Of a DNA stretch of 64,000 nt, positions 21,847 to 31,434 are shown piece by piece. The notes beneath the pieces were generated by a model. The model worked only from the letters and a program-made list of their open reading frames with translations. It was not told the origin of the DNA and did no database searches. Source of the DNA: Bythopirellula sp. (lineage in GTDB: Bacteria > Planctomycetota > Planctomycetia > Pirellulales > Lacipirellulaceae); NCBI GenBank assembly GCA_965216565.1, contig OZ244170.1:4416001-4480000 (forward strand). The letters run 5' to 3'. Position 1 is the stretch's first letter; every line of letters starts with the position of its first letter. The translations under genes were made by a program, and so were the position numbers.

Positions 21847-22728
21847 CTAGGACGTGGCAGTTTCGGACTTCACGCTCGAGATTTCCGACAAAAACTGCTT
21901 CATCGACTGCAATCGATTTTCTTGCTCAGAAATCAAACACCTGTGGATGGCGGCGCTGATTTTGGGGTTAATATCGGGACAACATTGGTCCAGCGGAGTC
22001 GGCTCGCTTTGCCCGTGGCTCATCGCGGCCAATCCATCTCCGCTGCCTTTCTGCCAGGGCAGATTGAACGAGAACATCTCGTACATCGAAACCCCGAAGG
22101 AAAAGATGTCGAGCCGTTGATCGGTTGTCTTGCGGCGAACGACTTCCGGAGCCATGTAGTTGGGCGTGCCAGTACGGATTCCCGGCTGCATGAACTCCTT
22201 GCGGGAAGGGACCGTGAGGCCAAAATCGATGAGTTTCATCGAGTCGGCTTCCGGGGCACAGACAAAATTGCGGGGGCACACGTCGCGGTGAATGTACCCA
22301 GCCTCGTGAACTGCCATCAGAGCCTCGGCACCTTGCCGCATGAGAGTGAGTCGATTTCCATCGAGTTTCTCGCTCCGACCGATAATTAGCGAGTTGAGCC
22401 CCGGGCCATCGAGAAACTCCATGACCACGAATTGCTCGCCCTTTGTGGTAATACCATGTCCAAGCGTACGGACGATATAGGGATGATCCATGGACATGGA
22501 GATTTGCCCTTCGGTGGGTTTCTCCAGTCCGCGAAATCGCATCTCGAGCTGATCGGTCTTATCCTTGTCGAGAATCTTGAGCCCAACGATTTGCTCGGTT
22601 TCCCGATCTCTGGCCATGTAGAACTTGCTCATGGTGCCGGAGACGGCTTCGCGGAGAATTTCGTAGCGTCGGCCGATGTCGACCTTGCCGCCTTCGAGAA
22701 TCGATTTAAAAAAAGAGGAAATTCCCAT
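21847..22728 (-). CDS. Ser/Thr protein kinase
   Basis: VGLK, IHRDVCPRN, LIDFG, GTPNYMAPE. Confidence 0.9.
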   Translation of the reverse strand: MGISSFFKSILEGGKVDIGRRYEILREAVSGTMSKFYMARDRETEQIVGLKILDKDKTDQLEMRFRGLEKPTEGQISMSMDHPYIVRTLGHGITTKGEQFVVMEFLDGPGLNSLIIGRSEKLDGNRLTLMRQGAEALMAVHEAGYIHRDVCPRNFVCAPEADSMKLIDFGLTVPSRKEFMQPGIRTGTPNYMAPEVVRRKTTDQRLDIFSFGVSMYEMFSFNLPWQKGSGDGLAAMSHGQSEPTPLDQCCPDINPKISAAIHRCLISEQENRLQSMKQFLSEISSVKSETATS

Positions 22729-22850
22729 GCGCGTGGCCAATTCTTAGAGAGGAAAGCGAGGCGAGCACATCTTGTATGATTGCTATCCCGTTACATCAGA
22801 TGTTGTGTTTTTCATGCAATGGGAAAACCGAAAACGGAAAATCCCGGTGG

Positions 22851-23702
22851 CTATTTACCGCAATAGTCAATCGCACGGGCAATTTCGCTCTTCAAATCAC
22901 TGCGGGGGACGATGCGATCGATGTATCCGTGCTCGAGCAAAAACTCGCTAGTCTGAAAACCTTCGGGCAATTCAATGCGGATGGTGGCTTTGATCGTACG
23001 TGGCCCGGCAAATCCGATAAGCGCTTTCGGCTCGGCAAAGGTCAGGTCACCGAGTGAAGCAAAACTGGCGGCGACGCCTCCCATGGTGGGATTGGTAAGG
23101 ACCGAAATGAATAGCCCGCCAGCTTCTCCGTATTTTGCCAGTGCCGCGGATATCTTTGCCATTTGCATCAGCGAGTAAATGCCTTCGTGCATGCGAGCCC
23201 CACCGCCCGAGCCGCTAATGATAATGAGAGCTAAGTTTTCGACGGTCGCTTTTTCGACGAGTCGCGTCAGTCGTTCGCCGACGACCGAGCCCATGCTGCC
23301 CATGATGAATGCCGAATCGGTAACGCCAACCGCGACCCGACGTGCTCGAATCATTCCGGAACCGGTCAATACGGCGTCGCGTAGTCCCGTTCGTTTTTGC
23401 TCAGCGACGAGTCGGTCTTTGTATTTCTTTTTGTCTTCAAACTCCAAAGGATCGATGGGCGTCAGGTTGCCGTCCCATTCCTCAAACGTGCCTTCGTCGA
23501 GTACGCCATTGATGCGGTCCTTGGCGGAGAGATACATGTGGTACCCGCATTCGGGGCACACGTTCATGAGCCGCTCGGCTTCCTTGCGGAAGATCATCGC
23601 CCCGCAATCCTTGCATCTCAGCCAGAGGCCGCCAGGCACGCCACGCTTTTCGCGTGCGGGTTTAAGCGTGTCGCCAGATTTTTCCGATTCACCGATAGCC
23701 AT
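22851..23702 (-). CDS. accD: Acetyl-CoA carboxylase carboxyltransferase beta subunit
   Basis: Zn finger CKDC...[34 protein letters not shown]. Confidence 0.95.
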   Translation of the reverse strand: MAIGESEKSGDTLKPAREKRGVPGGLWLRCKDCGAMIFRKEAERLMNVCPECGYHMYLSAKDRINGVLDEGTFEEWDGNLTPIDPLEFEDKKKYKDRLVAEQKRTGLRDAVLTGSGMIRARRVAVGVTDSAFIMGSMGSVVGERLTRLVEKATVENLALIIISGSGGGARMHEGIYSLMQMAKISAALAKYGEAGGLFISVLTNPTMGGVAASFASLGDLTFAEPKALIGFAGPRTIKATIRIELPEGFQTSEFLLEHGYIDRIVPRSDLKSEIARAIDYCGK

Positions 23703-23931
23703 GGTCTCGTTATGTAAAGCCACCTGCAGGACGCTTTTTTAAGGTTCAGTCGACTGAATTCGCTAGATAGATAGTATATCAGGCGCGACGACCGAATTGT
23801 AAGGGGAAAGAGGGGGGTGGAAAGTGAAGGGAGAAAAGGGAATGCGGAGGGGAAATAGCAAGCCCAGAACGCCAGCGACGGGATGGGTACAGGGAGGCAA
23901 AGTCCAGGGTATTGTGACTGCCAGTTTTGAT

Positions 23932-24135
23932 TCACAGGAGGACACAGAGGACACGGAAAAGCATGGATCTTGAAGCAGGCATCTAGAAATAGATATCTGT
24001 CAGCCCCGATAGGGGCGGCAGAGAATAGCCCGAGGCGTCAGCCCGGGTTCAAAGATTCCAACCATCAACCAATAGCCCTGAAAGGGCGACAGACTCTGTT
24101 TGTCTACCGCGGAGGGCGCGGAGAATACAGAGGGA
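23932..24135. repeat. REP mosaic (family A hairpins flanked by 9-mer cacagagga-type repeats)
   Basis: cacaggaggacacagaggacacggaa; agccccgataggggcggcagagaatagcc; accgcggagggcgcggagaatacagagg. Confidence 0.65.
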
Positions 24136-24176
24136 ACGAAATGTGGGGTGGGCCATCGATTGGCCCTGCAGAGCGA

Positions 24177-24935
24177 CTATTCCTCTTCTAGGCCTTCTAG
24201 CAACGCTTGGATCTGTTCCAGAGATTCTCGGTTTGCAAACGTCAGGGCATTGATCGAAGCTTTTGAGAGAATCTGCCCCTGCACCAGGTTTGATGTCTCC
24301 TGGGCAAAGTCGGCATCTTCGATCTGGCTCAATGCTTCCGTGCTGATAGCAATTTGATCCTTGCGCATTTGTTCGAAGAGTGTTTGCGTTTTTTGATAGG
24401 CTCCTGCTGCAGCTCGGGAATGGCTTAGCCCGCCAAGCTGACCTTCCACCAATTCGGTTGCCGCCGAGATGTCCCCATTGATAACGTTTGCCGAGCCAGT
24501 TTCGCGCAATTCCTTGAGACTTGTGGAATCGGCGACGCCTTCAACTCGATCTGCGATCTGACCAATGGCATCGAGCGAGGCATCAATTTCTTGTTGGAGG
24601 GCACGACTTTCGGTTGCCGAATTCAAGGGACTGGCTGCGGAGACGAGATTGCCGCGAATCCCATGGAGCGTCGCTTGAACTTCGGAAAGGGCCGACTCGC
24701 GTATGCGAACTTCAAACCGTCCCCCAGCGGCGGCGCGGGATTGCGCGTGCAGGTCGACAATGTCGCCGCGTAACTGCTCTGCCGCTACAAAGCCGGCGGG
24801 ATCGTCACCGGGGCGATTGATCCTCTTGCCGGTGCTCAGACGTTCGAGCGATTTGGCAACGCGATCGTTGTTGCGATTGAATTGCTTGAGCAACTGTCCG
24901 CTACGACCGGCTGTATTGGGAGTGATTGCGTTCAA
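24177..24935 (-). CDS. Short flagellin-like protein
   Basis: SLERLSTGKRINRPGDDPAG (flagellin N-terminal) and SQIEDADFAQETSNL (flagellin C-terminal). Confidence 0.8.
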   Translation of the reverse strand: MNAITPNTAGRSGQLLKQFNRNNDRVAKSLERLSTGKRINRPGDDPAGFVAAEQLRGDIVDLHAQSRAAAGGRFEVRIRESALSEVQATLHGIRGNLVSAASPLNSATESRALQQEIDASLDAIGQIADRVEGVADSTSLKELRETGSANVINGDISAATELVEGQLGGLSHSRAAAGAYQKTQTLFEQMRKDQIAISTEALSQIEDADFAQETSNLVQGQILSKASINALTFANRESLEQIQALLEGLEEE

Positions 24936-25217
24936 TGAATGCAGTTTCTGTCGCAGGCTAAATAGCGGGTCATGTTGAGGGCAAGAACGTTGCTAGAGTT
25001 CCGCTGCACCGCATTGATTTTGCGGTGTCTTGGCAGACACCGCCAACCCAAGCCGGAACGGGTATTGAGTCAATGCTCTAGTTGTAACTCTCGACACTCG
25101 ATAGTGCGTAGTTCGGCGGAACCGAGCAAATTTTCAGGCCACACGAATCGACTGCCGCGTTGCGTGCCGCATGTGCGTATTAGAGCAACTTTGCGGCCTA
25201 CGCTTTGGCGCTTTCCG

Positions 25218-25247
25218 CTAGCCGGAGGCACACTTGCCTCCGGCTAG
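25218..25247. repeat. Hairpin of repeat family B
   Basis: ctagccggaggca-cact-tgcctccggctag, a 13 bp perfect stem shared with 26989-27056 and 31084-31151. Confidence 0.75.
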
Positions 25248-25320
25248 GAAGCGTGAATGCTCGATCAAACCGAGAGGCAGACACGATGTTATTGCATGCG
25301 CTGAAGCAGGCTCGCCTGGG

Positions 25321-25899
25321 TTACGACGCGGCCACTTCGGCGGGCATTTCTAGGAGTTCCCACTGAGGGCTGTCTTGATTGTCGCTGCCCCATAAGTCGG
25401 CAACCGCTTCTTGGGCGAGCATGCTGTGCATGACGGACATCAAGGGCTCGGCTACTAAGATACCGATTGTGGCGTCCTTGTGCTTTTTGGCCAGCTTCGT
25501 GAGTGCTGTTTGCACCCGCTCGCGGACTTGCTTCACGGTTTCGCCGTCGGGTGGGCAAACCGATTCGGGTCGCTCCTGCCACTGCTTATAGACCTTGGGC
25601 TGCTTGGTCTTCACATCGTCAATCAACATCCCTTGCCATAGGCCATGGTCCAGGTTTTGGAAGGCGTCGAGCTTTTTCGTTTTGAGATCCAATTTTTGAT
25701 TAACTATTTCGGTGGATTGCTGCACGCACCGGCAGGGGCCGTAGTACAGGATATCGATCTGCTGCTCGCGGAGGGCATCGGCCAGGTCTTCGACTTGTTT
25801 GCGACCATCTTCGCTCAGCGGCACATCCAGCGTGCCTTGAATGCGGCCTTGGCATTCGTATTCGGTGTTGCCGGATCGTATGAGTAGAACCTTCAGCAT
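25321..25899 (-). CDS. Histidine phosphatase / phosphoglycerate mutase family protein lacking the catalytic His
   Basis: LIRSGNT instead of RHG; QGTLDVPLSEDG, GLWQG, PDGET. Confidence 0.8.
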   Translation of the reverse strand: MLKVLLIRSGNTEYECQGRIQGTLDVPLSEDGRKQVEDLADALREQQIDILYYGPCRCVQQSTEIVNQKLDLKTKKLDAFQNLDHGLWQGMLIDDVKTKQPKVYKQWQERPESVCPPDGETVKQVRERVQTALTKLAKKHKDATIGILVAEPLMSVMHSMLAQEAVADLWGSDNQDSPQWELLEMPAEVAAS

Positions 25900-25926
25900 C
25901 TTCGCATCTTTCTATAGTGTTCGGGT

Positions 25927-26634
25927 TTAGGCGGCCGCCTGGGCCAAGTCGGTAAGTTGTTGGAAACTAGCCTTGTAGTCGTCGCCGCCTGTAATGGCCG
26001 AACCGGCGACCAGTAAGTCGGTGCCGGCACGGACGCAATTCTGAATGGTTTCGTCGTTCACGCCGCCGTCGACTTCGATGAGTAGGGAGTCGTTGGCCGA
26101 GGAGCGGATCGTTTGTATTTTTTCGAGTGCGACAGGGTCGAATTTCTGTCCGCCGAAGCCAGGCATCACGCTCATCACGAGAGCGAAGTCGCAGTGTTCC
26201 AACACAGGAAGCACTTGCTCGACGGGTGTGGGTGGGTTGAGGACAATCCCGGCCGCAGCACCGGAAGTGCGGATTTGCTCGAGTAGTTTTGGAGCCTCGT
26301 CGGTTACTTCAATATGGAACGACACCATGTTGGCGCCCGCCTCGACGTAGCGAGTGACGTAGTCCGCGGGATTGGCGATCATCAAATGAACGTCCAATGG
26401 CAAGTTAGTGATGCTGCGAATGGATTCGACCAGCGGCAATCCGAAGGACAGATTGGGCACGAAGTGGCCATCCATCACATCCAGGTGGAGGGCACTGGCG
26501 CCGGCATCTTCCAGGCGACGAATCTCGCGCTCCAAGTGGCCGAAGTCGCACATCAACAGCGATGGCAATACGGCAGGAACTGCCGACCGTAGTGCTGCGA
26601 GTTGAGGAGATTCAGATTTCACTGCATCGACCAT
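25927..26634 (-). CDS. rpe: Ribulose-phosphate 3-epimerase
   Basis: HLDVMDGHFVPN, DVHLM, MSVMPGFGGQ, EVDGG. Confidence 0.96.
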   Translation of the reverse strand: MVDAVKSESPQLAALRSAVPAVLPSLLMCDFGHLEREIRRLEDAGASALHLDVMDGHFVPNLSFGLPLVESIRSITNLPLDVHLMIANPADYVTRYVEAGANMVSFHIEVTDEAPKLLEQIRTSGAAAGIVLNPPTPVEQVLPVLEHCDFALVMSVMPGFGGQKFDPVALEKIQTIRSSANDSLLIEVDGGVNDETIQNCVRAGTDLLVAGSAITGGDDYKASFQQLTDLAQAAA

Positions 26635-26988
26635 TTGCCAACCTTGAGAATAAGATGCTACGCACCGTGGTAGTTTGCTCTGAAATTTGCCATGGGGTGA
26701 AGCGAGTCAATCGACCAGCGAGGGATGGGCACAGTCATCGGGCGGGAATTCCGCTGACAGGTTTGGGAGAGGTAATACTGTGCGTAGCGATGAAAGCCCT
26801 CGGGCAGGTATCTGGCAGCTATTTAATTATCCAATGGGGAAGCGGGAGATTCTAGCAGCCTGCTTGCTTGGAGTCAGGGCGAAAAACGACCCAAAATGCG
26901 TAAGTTCAGAGCTAGTAGGCACTTACTCTAGATAGAGGGCGGACGACTCGCTGTCCAGTTTGGCTTGTTGAAGGGGTGAAGATTAGCT

Positions 26989-27056
26989 GGACCGCCATAG
27001 TCTACCCGCCGTGGTGGGCGGTCCGCGGGGCGCCGGAGGCAGGTGTGCCTCCGGCT
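26989..27056. repeat. 68 bp dispersed repeat (family B)
   Basis: Near reverse complement of 31084-31151. Confidence 0.8.
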
Positions 27057-27093
27057 AGGTAGTAGGCTCTCGCGCTGCGTCGACACTCTGCAA

Positions 27094-27822
27094 CTACTGG
27101 TCGTCTAGATCTTCGCTGCTCGGCAGATCCTTGGGGCTGGCGATGCCGAAGAGTTGGTTGAATCTGTCTGTGGTGAGATAGCTTGGCTTTTTCACACTCT
27201 CTTCTGCCCTTTCCAGCCGAAGTAGTTGCCGACGGACAAGATGGTTGAGCAAGGTGTTGCTACGCGAACCGCGCAGCTTGTTGACCCGTTCCGCGGTGAT
27301 CGGCTGGCGATAGGCCACGATGGAAAGCACTTCGATCGATTGCGGAGTGAGTTTAACTTCCCGCACCGGCCTCTGGAATCTTCTCCGGACTGTCTTGAAC
27401 TCCTCAGCAATCTGCATTTGGTAGCCCGGGCCATTGCTAATGATGCGGTAGGCAGTGCCCGCCTGTTCGTACTCGTCGTTGAGTTCCTCAACGAGTGCGT
27501 CAACTTCGGTAGGCGAAACATCGCGGATGTACGTTGCTAGTTGGCGACTGGTGATCGGACGGCTGTCTTCGGAACCGACAAACAGCATGCCTTCGACAAT
27601 CATTCGCGGAGAAACCACCTCGCCCACTTCATCGTAGTCCGAGAGCGAGTCGACTTTGTCCAGACGATCGGCAACTTCGTCGGTCGAAGCCGGCTGAGGT
27701 TCGTTGCTAGTAAGGCGAGCGAAGGCAGCCGAGAGACGATGCAGGGAGAATCGACCGCCCGAATCGTTTTCCGATTCGTCCTTGTCGTGGGCAGCGCCGG
27801 TGCTGGTGTCTTTCTTCGCCAT
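27094..27822 (-). CDS. scpB: SMC-Scp complex subunit ScpB
   Basis: VEGMLF, EVLSIVAYRQPIT, LRG, YLTTDRF...FGI...LP. Confidence 0.85.
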   Translation of the reverse strand: MAKKDTSTGAAHDKDESENDSGGRFSLHRLSAAFARLTSNEPQPASTDEVADRLDKVDSLSDYDEVGEVVSPRMIVEGMLFVGSEDSRPITSRQLATYIRDVSPTEVDALVEELNDEYEQAGTAYRIISNGPGYQMQIAEEFKTVRRRFQRPVREVKLTPQSIEVLSIVAYRQPITAERVNKLRGSRSNTLLNHLVRRQLLRLERAEESVKKPSYLTTDRFNQLFGIASPKDLPSSEDLDDQ

Positions 27823-28048
27823 GGGGGGATCATAGTTGCAAGCAATTTCCGCGGGCAAGATCAAGCTGCTATGGGAGAAGTTTTGACAACCCCAATGCAC
27901 AGGCACAGCCAGTACCGCCCCTCCTGCATCAAGAAGAACTTCGATCACTGCTAGCAGGGCAAGCTGATCTCGACAGGGGGTTGGGGTCTCGGTACACAAC
28001 GCTCGATGTGATCCCCTAGTTTGTCTGTATGTCTATAGAGAACGAGAA

Positions 28049-29008
28049 ATGAACACTGTCTTGCTAGTTCAAGCTGCAGAGAAATCAGCCGCTGCCGGTG
28101 CCCAGGTGGCCGGCCAAGTGAATCCCACCAACTCCGATGCCGTACGTGCGGCGGCGTTAGAGAATATTCGTCAATTGCATTTCACCGATCTATCGACGAC
28201 GGATTGGATTTACGTAGCAGAGTATTACGGCTTGCGAGTAGCGTTCGTATTGGTGCTGATGATTCTGGCTTGGACCATCTCTGGCTGGGCGTCCGCATTG
28301 GTGCGTCGGGGCCTGGCGCGGATACGATTTGACGAGACACTGAGCAAATTTCTGGCGAAGCTCGTGCGATGGCTGATTCTGCTGCTCGTGGGGCTAACGT
28401 GCGTTAGCTATTTTGGGATCGATACTACCAGTTTCGCCGCCGTGCTGGGTGCCGCAGGTTTGGCGATTGGCTTGGCGTTTCAAGGCACGCTGTCGAATTT
28501 TGCGGCCGGCGGTATGTTGCTCATCTTCCGCCCGTTTAAGGTGGGTGACGTAGTAAAGATTGCGGACATCCTAGGCACCGTGAACGAGATCGCGCTGTTC
28601 ACAACGGAGATCGATACGTTCGATGGACGGCGGATGATTATTCCCAATAGTGAGATCTATGGTTCGGTAATCGAAAACATTACCTACCACCCAAGGCGGC
28701 GTGTCGATGTGCCGGTGGGTGCTTCTTACGAAGCGGACATTGATGAAACTCGTCAAGCGCTAGAACGTGCGATTGCGGCTGTGGCCGAAGTGGTCGACGA
28801 CCCAGAGCCCGCGGCTGTAATCACCGGCCTAGGGGGATCGAGCGTCGATTGGGAGGTTCGGGCTTGGGCCCGGCAGAAGGACTTCGGCATTGCCAAACAG
28901 GCACTGATTCGCTCGGTGAAAGTGGAGTTGGATCGGACTGGCATTGGCATCCCGTATCCACAGATGGACGTCCATCTCGATTCGCCTCCAGCGTCGGACG
29001 CAGCATAA
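28049..29008 (+). CDS. mscS: Small-conductance mechanosensitive channel
   Basis: GAAGLAIGLAFQGTLSNFAAG, RPFKVGD, IPYPQ. Confidence 0.92.
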   Translation: MNTVLLVQAAEKSAAAGAQVAGQVNPTNSDAVRAAALENIRQLHFTDLSTTDWIYVAEYYGLRVAFVLVLMILAWTISGWASALVRRGLARIRFDETLSKFLAKLVRWLILLLVGLTCVSYFGIDTTSFAAVLGAAGLAIGLAFQGTLSNFAAGGMLLIFRPFKVGDVVKIADILGTVNEIALFTTEIDTFDGRRMIIPNSEIYGSVIENITYHPRRRVDVPVGASYEADIDETRQALERAIAAVAEVVDDPEPAAVITGLGGSSVDWEVRAWARQKDFGIAKQALIRSVKVELDRTGIGIPYPQMDVHLDSPPASDAA

Positions 29009-29132
29009 GTGGTTGGCGAAAATCTTTGGGTTTGATTCTCTTGGAATCGAGTCGGCCATTGTCCTGGATGGCCGCTGGCGGTAGGTTGGGCGCTTATTGG
29101 ATGCCTCGCCTTCGCTCCCACAAAGTGCCGCC

Positions 29133-29507
29133 ATGGATATCAAGAACTTGGCCGAAGTTCCGGCGTCTACAACCAAAGATGGCTCGGAGATCCGCGAACT
29201 GCTGGCCCATCGCAATTCGGTAATTGTTAATCAAAGCCTGGCCGAGGCGCGATTACCGATCGGTGCCAGCACGGCCCCGCACTACCACCCCAAGTGCGAA
29301 GAGATCTACTACCTGACCGATGGCCGCGGACGTGTGCAGGTAGAGGATGACACCCAAGAAGTAGGCCCAGGCGATGCGATCGCGATCCCACCCGGGGCAC
29401 GACATCAAATCACAAATATCGGCGCCGAGACACTGAGGTTCCTTTGTTGCTGCGCACCTACCTACGAAGACGACGACACTGTGATGGTCGATGATTGGCC
29501 GAGTTGA
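29133..29507 (+). CDS. Cupin domain protein
   Basis: PHYHPKCEEIYY, PGDAIAIPPGARH. Confidence 0.85.
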   Translation: MDIKNLAEVPASTTKDGSEIRELLAHRNSVIVNQSLAEARLPIGASTAPHYHPKCEEIYYLTDGRGRVQVEDDTQEVGPGDAIAIPPGARHQITNIGAETLRFLCCCAPTYEDDDTVMVDDWPS

Positions 29508-29563
29508 GTGGCGAAGCTAGAAGAGTGAAACAAGAGAGTTGAATCAACTTTGGATTTAGAATG

Positions 29564-29611
29564 CCCCCTCCCCTCGCCCCTCCCCTGCAGACGGGGGAGG
29601 GGAAATAGGTG
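29564..29611. repeat. cccctcccc...ggggaggg hairpin repeat (family C)
   Basis: Near identical to 48894-48941; related units at 12786-12815 and 47054-47089. Confidence 0.75.
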
Positions 29612-29633
29612 GCAGAATAAGGATGACTGAGCT

Positions 29634-31046
29634 ATGAGTGAATTTCGCACCGAACGCGACACGATGGGCGAGATGCAAGTGCCTGCCGATGCGTTGTATG
29701 GAGCTTCGACCGCGCGGGCAGTGGATAATTTTCCTGTTGCCCATGAGCCGGTTCCAGCGGCAGTGATTCATGCCTTCGGGTATCTCAAGGCTGCGTGCGC
29801 GGAAGCGAATCGCGATTTGGATAAGCTCGACGCGAAACGGGCCCAGGCAATTGTGGCTGCGGCCGAGGAAGTGGCCGCAGGCAAGCACGATTCGCAATTC
29901 CCTGTGGATATCTATCAGACGGGGTCGGGCACGTCGACCAACATGAATGCCAATGAGGTGATTGCCAATCTGGCGAATGAAAAGCTCGGCTTTGGCATTG
30001 GTGCGAAGGGTGACGAGGGTGCTGTGCATCCCAACGATCATGTGAACATGGGGCAGAGCAGCAACGACACGTTCCCTACCGCCATGCACATTGCGGCTGT
30101 GTTGAGTTTGAAAAACGAGTTGATCCCTGCCATTGAAAAGTTGCATGCGGCGCTCGATGCAAAAGCTGCCGAGTGGGATAGTATCGTCAAAATTGGCCGC
30201 ACCCATCTGATGGACGCCACACCGATCCGTGTGGGTCAGGTTTTTGGCGGCTACGCGGCGCAAGCAAAATATGCTGTTGCCCGCGCAGAATTGGCATTGG
30301 GGCTGCGGGGGAATCTGCCCATCGGTGGAACAGCCGTGGGCACGGGGATTAATACGCATCCGGAGTTCGCACGTCGTGTCTGCGAATCGCTGGCAAATCG
30401 AGTTGGCGAGAAGTTTGAGGAAGCAGAAAACCATCCAGAGGCACAAGCAGCGAAAGATGCCTTTGTTGGTGCGCACGGCGAACTGCGGACGATCGCGGTC
30501 TCGCTTTCCAAGATCGCCAACGATATCCGCCATCTTGGTAGTGGTCCTCGCTGCAGCATCTTCGAACTCTCCCTCCCTGCCACCCAACCGGGAAGTTCCA
30601 TCATGCCGGGGAAGGTCAACCCGGTGATCTGCGAGTCGGTGATGCAGGTTTGCTGCCGCGTAATTGGCAACGACACGACGGTCACCACCGCCGGGCTAGG
30701 CGGCGTCGGTTCCGTGTTTGAGCTGAACGTGGCGATGCCGGTGATGATCGACGCGTTCTTGGAATCGGTAAAATTGCTGGCGAATGTCTCGAGCATCTTC
30801 GTCGACAAGTTGCTGGACGGCTTAGAAGTGAACGAAGAGCGTTGCCGCGAGCTGATCGACCAGTCGCTGATGATGGTGACGTCGCTAGCACCGAAGGTGG
30901 GATACGAGAAGTCGGCAGCGCTAGCCAAGGAAGCATTCAAAACAGGCCAAACGATTCGGCAGCTTTGCTTGGATCAAGATATTTTGCCCGAAGACGAACT
31001 AGACGGGCTGCTCGATCCCGATTCGATGACGCGACCGAGTGCTTGA
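29634..31046 (+). CDS. fumC: Class II fumarate hydratase
   Basis: QTGSGTSTNMN, GRTHLMDATP, GSSIMPGKVNP. Confidence 0.93.
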   Translation: MSEFRTERDTMGEMQVPADALYGASTARAVDNFPVAHEPVPAAVIHAFGYLKAACAEANRDLDKLDAKRAQAIVAAAEEVAAGKHDSQFPVDIYQTGSGTSTNMNANEVIANLANEKLGFGIGAKGDEGAVHPNDHVNMGQSSNDTFPTAMHIAAVLSLKNELIPAIEKLHAALDAKAAEWDSIVKIGRTHLMDATPIRVGQVFGGYAAQAKYAVARAELALGLRGNLPIGGTAVGTGINTHPEFARRVCESLANRVGEKFEEAENHPEAQAAKDAFVGAHGELRTIAVSLSKIANDIRHLGSGPRCSIFELSLPATQPGSSIMPGKVNPVICESVMQVCCRVIGNDTTVTTAGLGGVGSVFELNVAMPVMIDAFLESVKLLANVSSIFVDKLLDGLEVNEERCRELIDQSLMMVTSLAPKVGYEKSAALAKEAFKTGQTIRQLCLDQDILPEDELDGLLDPDSMTRPSA

Positions 31047-31083
31047 CGTAGTCTGGCTTATCTAAACTCTGAGTTCACAAAGC

Positions 31084-31151
31084 AGCCGGAGGCACACTTG
31101 CCTCCGGAGAACGACGGACCGCCCACAACGGCGGGTAGACTATGGCGTTCC
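31084..31151. repeat. 68 bp dispersed repeat (family B)
   Basis: Inverted copy of 26989-27056. Confidence 0.8.
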
Positions 31152-31434
31152 GTCTGCGGTGCAGTCTGCGAAGGCATAAGAACCAACGGCACCGAGTCAT
31201 TCACCTCGTCGAGCATCACGAACTGCCCCTGCGGTACTGCTAGCAGTCGAGGGGCGCGGCCCAAGGACCGCGGCTAGGTGGGGGGAATAGATAATTTCTT
31301 CTGATTAATCTGAGTTTTTTGATTGCAGAGGCTTTGCGGGCGTGGTCGATACCTATGGCCGAGGCGTCTGGTTTCCGGGCGTTCTCCGCTACAGGTTTTA
31401 ACCCCCTCAATTCCGCATAGCGAATACCAGAAGC

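Noticed and set aside
29556..30940. 343 aa and 229 aa antisense ORFs over fumC
   Set aside because: Opposite-strand shadows of a conserved gene.
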